A DNA stretch of 64,000 nucleotides from Lama guanicoe. Taxonomy: Eukaryota. The stretch is taken from NCBI GenBank assembly GCA_013239625.1, contig MU053594.1, forward strand, positions 186,001 through 250,000, given 5' to 3'. Positions 38,354 to 49,095 of the stretch are shown piece by piece; the stretch's first letter is position 1; every line of letters begins with the position of its first letter. The notes under the pieces were generated by a model, which was not told the origin of the DNA, searched no databases, and saw only the letters and a list, made by a program, of their open reading frames with translations. The position numbers were made by a program, and so were the translations under genes.

Positions 38354-41300
38354 CTAGAGGGAAGAAGGGGACAAGAGGCAGAAGAGATGCAAGACCAAAA
38401 CTTAAATTAGTGAGTGCCCCTAAAAGTAAGAATTCAAACACTAGAACATAGGCTCTCCCCCAAAACCCCAGCAAGAGAGCCTTGGAGATTTAACCAAGAG
38501 GAATGGGCTTCCTAGAAAGCTACGTCTGCCTTTTCAGGCCCAAGGATGATGAAAGTAACGAGACGGTTCTGCCACGGCATATGCCTAAGTCACTGCTCTG
38601 TGACATCTGTTAGATAAAGTAAGATGAAAATTACAGCAGAGTCTTGTGAATCTCGGGCTTTCTTTAAGTCTGAGAGTGAGGGGCTCCAGTGCAAGGCCCA
38701 CGTTCCTTATGAGAAAGTGCCCAGTGCACGATTTAAATTAAGATTTTATCCTCTTCCTCGGTTTCACTCTCAACCCCACGAGCAGCAAACCTCACCTTCA
38801 AAACACAGCTTGTCTAAATCCTGCCTTGCAGTGGCAGCCCCGGGGGCAAAGCCCAGCCTCTCTAGGGTTGGCAGCCTTAGACTCATGGCTCCCAGAAATC
38901 CATGGGCAAGAACTCTCCTCCAGCCCACCTTCTCACCCTCAGCCAGTGCCTTCCTGGGCCTCTGTCCTTCCACTCTTCTCAAGGCTGCAAGGATTAAAGA
39001 ACCCAGGCCTTGACCCCTCTTTACGCACTAAGAGTAACACACACACATAACCCTTGTACTAGCTGGGCTCACTTGCACCCATAGGTACTTTGAAGTGATT
39101 GTTATCTGTAATCCAAATTCTGGACTATGTGTGTGCATGCGCATGTGTGTGCATGCACCAGCCAGAGATGGAGAGTTAACACATGTGCGTGCTCACGTAA
39201 GATGCCCAGTGGTCAGGAGGTTCTGTAAAATGTAGGATAGGTCATGAAGGACCTACAGAGAGCAGTGCTGGGAAACATGTACCCCTAAAGCCAGGAGTGC
39301 ACATGCTGGGAACATGAATGCCAAGTGTGTCCCACAGGCTCCTAGGAGTGGGCGAGTCCTGTGACCTGGAGCAGTAACTGATGCTGGGCATGGTTTGGAG
39401 GTGCTGGAAATGATAATGGCACCAGCATCTATGGTATGAGTTACAACAAGTATGAAGGGAAGTCAGGACTGGAGACAAAGGCCTCTCTAAAGCGCCATGT
39501 GGGATCAGTAACAGGACTCTGAGACTCCCAAAGCTGTCTAAGGAGTGTCAGAAAGACCTCACAGGCTCAGGTCTCTCCCAGCCTCTGCCTTGCTGTGGCC
39601 ACTACTGCAGAGAAATGAACTGGGAGCAAAGCGGAGCAAGGGCTCTCCCTCACTCTTGGAACACTGCTGGCCTCTGCCCCCAAAAGGATGCCTGTTGGCT
39701 CCCGAGTCACAAATCTTACGGAGAAAGGGTTAACAGGACGATTAATCAAAACGCTTTTGCTTCCCACCCTGGGATGGGAACTGAGGCGATCAAGGTGGGG
39801 GTTTGGGGAGGCCGGGAAAGGCCATTCAAAGGTGCCTTGCCACCATGCGCTTTCCCGCAGACTTCGGGATTTCGGAGAACTGGGAGGGAGCAATCGAAAG
39901 AACAGAAGCTAGGCTACTCGAATTTCTTCCCAAAGGCCAGCTCGGTGGGTTCTGATGAGAAAATCAGGGTGCCCTCGGTCAGCCGTCCCCGCCACCCGCG
40001 GCTCGGCGCCCGCGATCCGGCCGGCGCTGGCTGCAGCGCCCAGGCCGGCAGCGCGGGGGAAAGCCGGCGCTAACCGCTCGGGCTCCGGGGATCGATCGCG
40101 CTCTCACACACCCCTCAGTTCCCAGCACCCCAAACAGACTTGGAGACGACTTCAGCAAACTTGGGGAAGCAACTTTTCCAGGGGGGCCAGAAGGCAAGAA
40201 GAGAAGGAGCCAGGCTAGGGAGGAGGGAAAGCGAAAGAGACCCGGACGAAAGGCGAGAGTCCGGGCGGGCCGGACGCGAGGGCGAGAGCGGCGAGGAGGC
40301 GGACCCTCCCCGCCGCGAAGGGGAAGCACAAAAGCCCGACAGCGAGTTGTGGGAGGAAAGGCGAGAAGGAATCTGGGAGCCCTCCCTCCCCAACCCAGGG
40401 CCGTGACCCTCGGGAGCGATGGACAAGGTCCCCGGCCTCGGGCGGGTGGCGCCAGCAGCCGGCGCGCCCGGCCCAGGCACGTTGCGAGCGTCCCAGCAAG
40501 CGGGGGAGCCAGTCGGTGCCGAGCGCGTCTGTGCGTCCCAGCAGGTCTGCTGGCCAGCGAGATTGTGCGCATTTCGAGCGCGTGCGGGAGTGTTCGAGGG
40601 TCTGTGTGAGCGAGCTGCCCGCGCGCCGCGGTGGGAAAGGCATCCCAAACGCATCAGGTGCAGAGCCGAGCACCCACCGTGCGCGGCCGGGAGCGCACAG
40701 CGAGCTCCGGCGCCACGGCCGGTCCCGCCGAGAGCCGAGGAGTGCCCGGAGCGCTGGAGACCCTCCCGAGCTCCGCCACGGTGCCCCTCCCCCCCAAAAC
40801 GGGGGGATCAAGTCCAATCAAGAAAGAAGAGCCCACCACGTTTTTCAAAGAGAAAGAAAACCCAAGTGAGTCTCAGCCCTGCTCCCTTCTGCCCCAGATC
40901 CACTCCTCCGATCCTCCGATTCTAGCTTTCTAGCCGGCCGGAGAATAAACACAAATAAACCGCAGCCCTATCTCGCGCCCGCGCACCGGTCGGCATACAT
41001 ATGAGCACCCACCGGCTCCCGGCTCCTCCGCCGGCCCCTGGTGGTACAAAGCCTCCCGCTCCCCAACCCTCCGCCCGCGCCCTCAGTCCCCGCAGACCGC
41101 TCTGCCCCCCACCTCTCACCCCGGCCGTGCCCTGGAGCGGAAGGGTTGGGGAGGCGGCTGCGCCCAAGCTGACAGCCGGGGCTCCCCCTTCTAGCCGATC
41201 CCCAACCGCCCGTGGCGACGGCTGCAATAGCAAGAAGGGAACAAGCCGAATAAAATAAGGCACAAGCCCAGCGGCCGACTGGCCGAAGCGAGTGCGCCCC

Positions 41301-41378
41301 CCCGACCTCTCCAGCCCTGGGGCGCCCCGGCGCGCGGCTATAGCTGGGCGGTGCGCCCCTCCCGGGCCCCCCACTCAC

Positions 41379-41548
41379 CGCTGCCGAGCCGGGCGCCGTG
41401 GGGTGGGTGTGCGTGCCTCTTGGGGGTGTGTGCCTGTGTCGGGGAGGGGTGTTGCTGGGGAACTGTTGCTCTCGGTATCACGGCGGCAGCGGCGGCATCG
41501 CCCGGCAGTTCGCAGTACCCGCTCTCATCGCCCTCAACTCCTCTCTGC
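41379..41548 (-). other. ZBTB16: ZBTB16 non-coding exon 1 (TSS approximate)
   Basis: Consensus donor CG|GTGAGT at 41379/41378 inside the CpG island. The sequence gcagagaggagttgagggcgatgagagcgggtactgcgaactgccggg...gcaacagttccccagcaacacccctccccgacacaggcacac matches my recollection of the mammalian ZBTB16 mRNA leader. The 5' end cannot be fixed from sequence alone. Confidence 0.75.
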
Positions 41549-41665
41549 TACGAGGTTAGCAAATCACCACCGGCCGCGGCGCCGCCGCCGCGTCCCACGT
41601 CAACACCGAGCCCCCTCCCCTGCGAGGCCCCGGCGCCTCTCCATCTTTAGTGCTGGGGGCCTGGC

Positions 41666-41715
41666 NNNNNNNNNNNNNNNNNNNNNNNNNNNNNNNNNNN
41701 NNNNNNNNNNNNNNN
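41666..41715. other. Assembly gap (50 N) within the promoter CpG island
   Basis: Run of N. Confidence 1.
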
Positions 41716-43310
41716 CTCCCCTTCCCCCCGTCCCCTCCCTTCCCCGCGCGCCGCGCTCCGGGCTTCGCCTGACATCTAGCTGCTGCTGGGGCGCCGGCGG
41801 CCGCCGCTCACCGGCCAGGCGGAGAGGAAAGAAGGAGCTCTCATGGAGAGGAGTGCCAGGGACTCGGAACCCTTAGTGGGGGCAATGGAGGTGAGGGGCG
41901 AGGAGCATCCCTCACCTTCAACCCCCGGGTTTTTAATTTCCACTGGACACGGATTTGGGTTTCCCCTGTTGCTCCAGGCGCAGAGTTTTGTCCCCGGCTC
42001 CAATGTTAGCCCCGATTCAGTGCTTCTCATCTCGCCTTTCATTTTTTTCTCCGGGCTGGGGGTGGCACCCCCTGTACCCCGACATCGGTTTTAGAAGGAC
42101 GCTCTCCCAGCCCAAGCTCAGGCCTTTTGTGCGTCCGGGCCTTCTGGACATCCAGACTGCGATTAGCCTCCAGGCGCAGAGTTCACTGGCCCTGGAACCA
42201 GGTGCCGAAAGGTCCGCAGGACTCTGTCGTCGAGGGGAGACGCCCCATTTTAGCTGTCGCGACCCCTGGAGGCCAAGGTCGAGGCCTGAGAGAAACTTTT
42301 CTCCGTCCCAGTCTTGAGCATCCCCTGGGCTTTGCCCCCCAGGGAACCTGGTTGGAAACAGTTACCGAGAACTGCACCCTGTTCAGGGCAAAGTCTTCAG
42401 GAGTGAGTGAAAACTTGAAGAAGCTCCAGGCCCCTAAAAGTGTCTCCTTTCAACGGGCCGCTCCACTTTAGAGGGTGGAGTTGAGGTCGGTAACCCTAGG
42501 GTAGAGCAACCGGAAGAATGGCGCCTTTGTCCGGGCTGCGGAGCGTCCCTCTTCTCCGCCCTTTCCCTGGAGCTTGGCGAAGGTAGGGGACAAGAGGTGA
42601 GAAACGCTCTTCTGGGCCCAGGCCTTGACTGCCGGCTCAAGTCCGGGAGCGTTGGGGTGAGGGGGGTGGTGGAGAGCGCCCTCCTTGGGTCTCTGAACCA
42701 TCCGCCCTGGGTGTCCTACAGTCTTAGCAACGCGAGGCTTCAGTCACTGAGTCCTGATTCCCCACATTTCAGTCTGTAATAGCAGGGTGGGTCAAAGATT
42801 TTCCGCAGGACTGAGGCATAATCACATCCCGATGCGTGCCTCAGGCACTGCCCCAAACTGAAAGTCAAGCCCTGAGAACTGAAGGGTCATGGAAGGTGGC
42901 AGAAGCCAACTAGAGGCAAAAATATGCGTCCAGCCACGTGAGACCAGTTGGAGTTTATATCAGAACTGATCCGGGTTTACAAGAGCTGCTAATGGGGTAG
43001 TCCCGAGGACAGGCACCTCCATCCCAGCAAGCATGGCCCCTGTCCTACTTGCAGGAGAAGTTCTCAGACCCGCAGGAGTCAGGGGCGAGAAGACCCGTGA
43101 GAGGTGCACTTGAAAGTGAAGGAGAGGAGCCAGCTGTCCTCTGCTAGCAGTGACTATAGCAACTTATCCAAGATGCCAGGGAAAGCCTAGTCCCTGGGTA
43201 TTCAGTTTGATTAACAATCAAGAGAATCTATGAAACTATTTTTCCAGCTAAGGTCTATGCAGTCTATAAGGGGAAAGGGATTTAAAGAAAGTTAACAAAA
43301 AAGAACTGGT

Positions 43311-43543
43311 GTGACAAACAACACGGGTTTACTGTACAGCACAGGGAGCTATATTCAATGTCTTGTAATAACCTATAATAGAAAAGAATCTGAATAAATA
43401 TGCATATGTGTAACTGAATCACTTTGCTGGATACCTGAAACTAACACAGTATTGTAAATCAACAAAAAAGAGAGAAAGAAACGAAGGAAGGAAGGAAGGA
43501 AGGAAGGAAGGAAGGAAGGAAGGAAGGAAGGAAGGAAGGAAGG
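43311..43543 (+). mobile_element. L1 3'-end fragment whose tail has become a (GGAA)n microsatellite
   Basis: L1 3' UTR at 43313-43470; TSD aagaactggt at 43301-43310 and 43544-43553 encloses the (GAAG)n tract. Confidence 0.85.
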
Positions 43544-43546
43544 AAG
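43483..43546. repeat. (GAAG)16 microsatellite
   Basis: Perfect tetranucleotide run. Confidence 0.95.
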
Positions 43547-44569
43547 AACTGGTCTCCGAGAGGAGCAAGAGGGGCGAAATGTAAGGAGAGAAGACAGTCC
43601 TGGTGCCTCACTAAGAAAATCGAAGAAAGGATCATTGAACTGTTGAGCTTCTGCCTAGATGGTACCTACTGAAAGTTGCTCCCTCGCTGTCTGCATCCAC
43701 CTACCAGCCCCTCCTGAGTGTGTGAGCAGAAGCAGCACACAATTAACCCCTGATCTAATCTCCTATTAATCCTCAAATCAGAGAAAGAGAGCCTCTCTGG
43801 AAACAATGGGAGGGAAAGAACAGTCCCTTCCTGGCCCCGACTCCCCCACCTCCATGCCATGTTCACGCTATGTGAAAATCTCCCTTGCTTCATAAACTTG
43901 GCCCATTAAAAAGCCCAGCCCTTGTTAGTAAGTGTTAAAGAGAGATTAATGCCCGAATTTAAGAGGTGGAGAAGGTAACAAAAAGGAGGAAGGCAGGCGA
44001 GGCTGTGGGCTGAGTGCCAGCCTTGGGCTCCAAGCATTTCCACTTAGCGCTGAAGGCTGGCTGCACAGCACTTTGATAAGGTTTATTGGGCCCAGATAAA
44101 GCGGCAGCAGCTCCCCCACCAAAACTGGCACCATTTATAGCCAAAGCTATGTCCCTGGGTCCCCAGAAGGCTGATGAGAATCCCCAGTTCAGAAATTTCA
44201 TATGGCAGCACCTAAAAACAAGCAAGATGGAAAATTACAGCAGAAAACTCCCTCTCTCTCCTTCTCTCTCTCTCTCTTTCTCTCTCCCTTTCCTTCTCTC
44301 TCATGTTCATGCATTTGTAGTATTTTTTTTACTGTTTTTCTGGAGGGGTGTGGTAAAAGAAGCTGGGACGTCAGCTTTGACAGGCTGGGGAGGTCATGCT
44401 GGAGACAGGAATAGACGAGCTGACCTTTGGGTGGAATTCCATTGCTAAATCTCATTCTCTCATCTCCTCCTTTACTCATATACCTCCCGCTGGTAGCAGC
44501 TCTTCAGAGCTCAGTCTGTGGGAGAGGATGTGAGGTCCAAGTGATCTTACAGGAAGGAGACAGGGGGAA

Positions 44570-44800
44570 TGATACCTCATTCTGAGCACTGACTGTCAAA
44601 TTTAATACATTACCTCTATTGTTTTATCTAATCCTCATAACAACTCGAATAATGCAGGAATGATCATTTCCCCCGTTTCTGTGGATGAGAAACCTGGGGC
44701 TCACAGAGGTTAAGTGCCTTCCCCAAGACTGTAGAGCTGTTAAATATCAGAGCTGAGACCTTAAATCAGACCATTCCGACTGCAAAGCTCATGACCTTAA
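44570..44800 (-). mobile_element. MIR SINE
   Basis: Reverse MIR: tctaatcctcataacaac...ggatgagaaacctggggctcacagaggttaagtgccttccccaag. Confidence 0.6.
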
Positions 44801-47800
44801 CTTCTAGATTATACGGCCCTTAGTGAGATGGAAAAATGGAAACAAGGGCTTTGACTTCCCCTTCTCCTCTTACTCCGCAGAGGCCAAGTTCTCTGCAGCA
44901 GCCAGTCAAGCTGAGGACCAAAGAGTTCTCCATGGAATCAGGCCATCAGGTAAGCAGACTTAGATGCCCAGCTCTCTGCACTTTCCCCCACTTGTCTTCC
45001 TCAAAATCTCAGGCAAAAGTTGAGGAGAGAGTTTTGAACTACAATAAAACTTCAACTAAACAGGTACCCGAGAGAAAAGTCCTTGTGGTGTTCTGAGTGT
45101 TCTGCTTGAGTGTTAGTAAAAAGCTCCAAATTATTTTGTTCCAGCTCCTTCGTTGGAAAACAGTTTTAAAATTTTAAAGTAAACTTTCCTATCATGGTAA
45201 ATAAATCAAGGACTCCTACCTTTGGGGGAGAAGAAGTGACTTTGTGTTTCCCTAAAACCTTGTGATGAATGGAGAATGAAGCATTTTCAAGGACGGATGC
45301 AGGCAATGAAGCCCCTGAATAGAAAAATTAAAAAATAGTCTCCCAAAATCGAGAACTCCAGGGCACCACTGAAGGATGCACCAGGCTGTCACAGGTACTC
45401 TCAGATTCTTACCCCTCTGTGGACTCTTGAGGAGAAGACACAGCAAGCCTACTGTATCCTTTTTGGAGGCAAAGGGTCTTAAGATGCTTCACGGTTATCA
45501 CTGAGACATCTTCTAGACAGATGCAGAGGATGTCAAAAGCTAAGTAGAGTCAAATCTGGCCTCAGTGCATATGTTGATCGTTTTCTTTTTTTTTTTAATT
45601 TAATTCTTTCATGTCACTTCCTTATATGCCCCTTCCAGATAACGGAGCTGAGAATAATCAGTTGATGGGTGTGTTCTGGTTAGTTGAAGCCCAGAAAGCC
45701 AAGGCAGAAGATGACTTCTTTGATGAATACTTGCCGTCTTATCCCCCTGTGGAGACCTGGTTAGTGATGTTTACACCTGGGTCTCTCCTCCAGGTACAAA
45801 GTCATGCCCTTCTTCTCCTCTGTAGGGCAGAGAGTGACATTTCAAAGGGAGAAGATGAGAGGTTATTTCTTTTAGCCCCAAAAGCTTTGGGTCACTGTGA
45901 CCCCAAGATCTTCTCCATTGAGGAAGTGAAAGCTTTTCCTCTCTCTCTTCCTCTCATTCCCCCTAGCATATTGCAAATGGTGTTGGGACCTAATGTTGTC
46001 AACTCAAATAGCAAATCTGAGTTGTTATTAGTGCAAAGATGCCCTGAGGGGGCAGGCAGTGTGGATGAAATCTGCAATGGATGTACGGGGAAGTGTGTTT
46101 ATAATTATAATGGGATTTAATGTACACTGGGACCAGATGACTGCAGCCGTTTAAAAAAGAGAGGCTTAATAAGAGAGAAGAGAGGTCCCTTAATGACAGG
46201 CAGCAGGGCTCAGGTTATTAGGACGAGGCACGGTGTTTCACGGGGTGTCACAAACCACGTGCCCAGTTTTATGGGGTTCCTGACAAAGCTTTGGGGTAAG
46301 ACATAGCAACCTTGGCTGTCCGTTCTTGGGCATAATGTTTTAATGTTGTCTCTCACAGGGGTACCTGCTCTTCAGAGAAAGGCGTTTTTTTTCCTCCCGT
46401 TCAGATACACATCCGGCCCCAGGCCAACACTGAGTAGTTTGGGTGTTCTCTTGAAATCTGATTTGTTCTGAGAAAGACGGCCTTAATTTCAAAACTGAAA
46501 TTTTGTAACTGTCGAGGGGTGCATATCGTGTGCATGAAACAAAACGGCGTGACTAATGGGAGTCCCACAGTGAATTCCCCGGGTGCCTCGCTGAGAATTA
46601 ACCCCCAAGTCCTCATCAGAAATAGGGTTTGGTGGTTTTTTGTTTTTGTTTTTTTTTTCATTTAACACTTTGGTGTTTCAGGTAAGCCAGGAAGTGAGGA
46701 AGTATGTAACATTTTCTTACCCTGCTTAACTTTTTAAATAGCTAACTGTTCAACTTTTGAGGTGGTTTAACAGGTTTGAATCCACAGCCGCTGTTTTATA
46801 AAAAGGAGAGCTACTGTCATGCACACAACCTGGAAGGGTGTGCGGAGAACGTGCCACACTCCAGAAGTGTCACCTAAAGTACCGTGGTCCAGAAATACAA
46901 CTCACATCCACGTTGCATTATTCTATATATTTCTCTTCAGATGTGAGAGGAGTGTATGAAAGCTAGTGTGTTCATCTAATAAAGGCTTCATCCATGGTTA
47001 CTGTGTTGTGTGTTCCCAAAGCCTGTGACTAGTCTCAGAGTCCTTGCAGCGGAATGGTTCCCTTATCCTGACAAGGAGGAGAGGGCAGGGATAAAATAAG
47101 TGAAAACCCGACTTCCAGTCACGTGCTCTGGGAAGCAGTATTTCTGGAGAAGGTACTCTTCAAACAGAAGTGGTAAGTCGGGGGCACACAAGCCCCAAGA
47201 TGAAATGATTTTACTCAATGACAGGTAATTTCAAGCAATTACGTTTAAATTATTACAGCAAAACAAACGCTGGGGTCCTGTGGAGTGAAATTCAAAATGT
47301 TCATGAATTTTTAAGATAAAATGAGTGACTGCCTTGGAGTTATCCCTTGAGAAAAGCTTACTGGCTTTTTCCCATTAGGGCTGCGTGGGTGGGAGACTGG
47401 AGGATGCTCTGCGGGTGATGGCTGTTGTGGGCTTTGAGCCAGACTCTTGGACTCAGCCTCCCTTGCCAGGGCAGGTTTGTTTGTCTCTTGGGGAAGTCAC
47501 TGTTGGATTTTTGATGGAATCCTCTCCACCCCGCCCTCCAATCAGAATTAATTTCTCCCTCCTCCGTAAGTCCGTTAGCACTGTTTAAACATTTACCAGT
47601 GTTGACCACCATCTGCCTTGTATCTGACTGAGTTATGTGCATTCTGACCACCCCCTCCATTGTGAGTTTCTGGAAGGCTTGGTCTCAGGCTTGTTCAACT
47701 TAGCGTCCCCACTTCCAACCCTCAGAGCCAGCACACTGTCAAAGGAGGAGGTCTCAATAAATGTCCATGAATGAGCTAATTGCATGCATGAATGAATGAA

Positions 47801-48339
47801 TCAGTGGACATAGTCAGCAAATGTTTTAGGAATTTGGGAGAGGAGGGACCATCCTGCATCCTAACATTTAGAGCAGAATTCTTTGTACCTATGGGGTTTT
47901 TACCAGCCTTTGAAAAATCGAAGGGATATTGATAAGGGTGTGGGATAGCTGTTGAAGTTAATTGCATACAGCTCCTTAAGAATATAATGGTGTTCTATTT
48001 CAGTTTATTTCTCCCTCAGGGGCTAGAACCAAGCTTTTATCCATATCCTAGGAGCATTAATAAATATTTATTAAATTGTATTGAACTGAAATGAATTGAT
48101 ATGAATTCACAGCACTCATTACTCCCATAATGGTTTTGGACTCCCAATCCCAAATGGCCATTAGTTAACCAGTCCAGAGCTGAGAGGAGGCATCTGATTC
48201 CCTGCTAGAGACATCAGTGGGTGTAGGATTCCAACGGAATCCAGAAGTAGTGTGTGACACATACATTAGGCACCAGTACTGACAGATTAGCTCTGCTGTT
48301 ACCACGTGTGGGAAAGACTGGCTAGCTGTTCTCCACATG

Positions 48340-48927
48340 CCTTCCTGAGCACATCCTGAGGACCGGATTACATTTTCCAGTTTACCTGGCTGCTCCGTAC
48401 AGGCCGTGTGATTGAGTTCTGGCCAATGGTTGGATTGTGAGCAGAAGTCCATTGTGCCACTGCCAGATCCAACCCATGAACACTCCCACCTGGAATTCTC
48501 CATACCCTTTCCCTTTCTGTGGCTTGACCTCATGAGTTTATAGACACCTTGAGAGCTGAGAGATGAAGATGAAAGCAGCCTGGATCCCTGAATCACAACT
48601 CAGAGAGCAGCTATCTGTCTACTGGGAACTCCCACTGTGGACTTTACAGAGACAGGAAACAGACCTTTGATGTCTTGAGTAGGCTTGCAAGTAAAGTGCA
48701 GGTCATCCAGTTAAATCTGAACTTCAGATAAATCATGAATATGTTTTAGTATAAATATGTCCCAAATGTTACACTAAAATTAGTTACATAGTTATACTAA
48801 AATTATTTGAAATTCAAATTTAAATTGATGTCTTTGTTTTTACTAAATCTGGCCACCCTGGTCTTTAGCTCTTTTATATTCTAGAGTTTGTTTTTTATGG
48901 TAGCTAGCATTACCTTAACTAATATAC
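48340..48927 (+). mobile_element. MaLR solo LTR (MLT1-like), interrupted by a hAT MITE
   Basis: gtgtgattgagttctggccaatgg...gtgagcagaagt...gcagcctggatccctgaatcac...ggtagctagcattaccttaactaata, typical of MLT1 LTRs. Confidence 0.65.
48680..48860. mobile_element. hAT-family non-autonomous DNA transposon (MER53-like)
   Basis: Degenerate TIRs taggcttgcaag...atctggccaccctg, AT-rich near-palindromic interior, and an 8-bp TSD gtcttgag (48672-48679) / gtctttag (48861-48868). Confidence 0.75.
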
Positions 48928-49095
48928 CTAGTTTCATTTGTCAGAAGCAACAGGACCATGCACATGAACTGGAACTCCAGCCTGGGTCAAGGGGCTAACC
49001 CCAGGTCCTCTTGACAATTAGGTGACATGTAGGGTGGGTGCATTGAGAATGGAGCATCCTAAGTGGACAGGGCCAAGGAGAAAACCAGGAAAGTT

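Larger units (their letters stand above)
39950..42300. promoter_or_regulatory. ZBTB16: CpG island / ZBTB16 promoter region
   Basis: Very high GC and CpG density (many CGCG, GCGC, CCGG) spanning exon 1 and the start of intron 1, sharply different from the CpG-poor flanks. Confidence 0.9.

Noticed and set aside
36998..38474. Antisense and alternative-frame ORFs over ZBTB16 exon 2
   Set aside because: Shadows of a GC3-rich coding exon; no independent evidence.
40300..40700. Alternative first exon of ZBTB16
   Set aside because: Plausible within the CpG island, but I could not find a convincing consensus donor site, so it is not called.
39979..41876. Many 130-200 aa ORFs on both strands
   Set aside because: They lie in the CpG island, where stop codons are scarce. 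They are low-complexity Arg/Pro/Ala/Gly, often start at non-ATG codons and show no domain.
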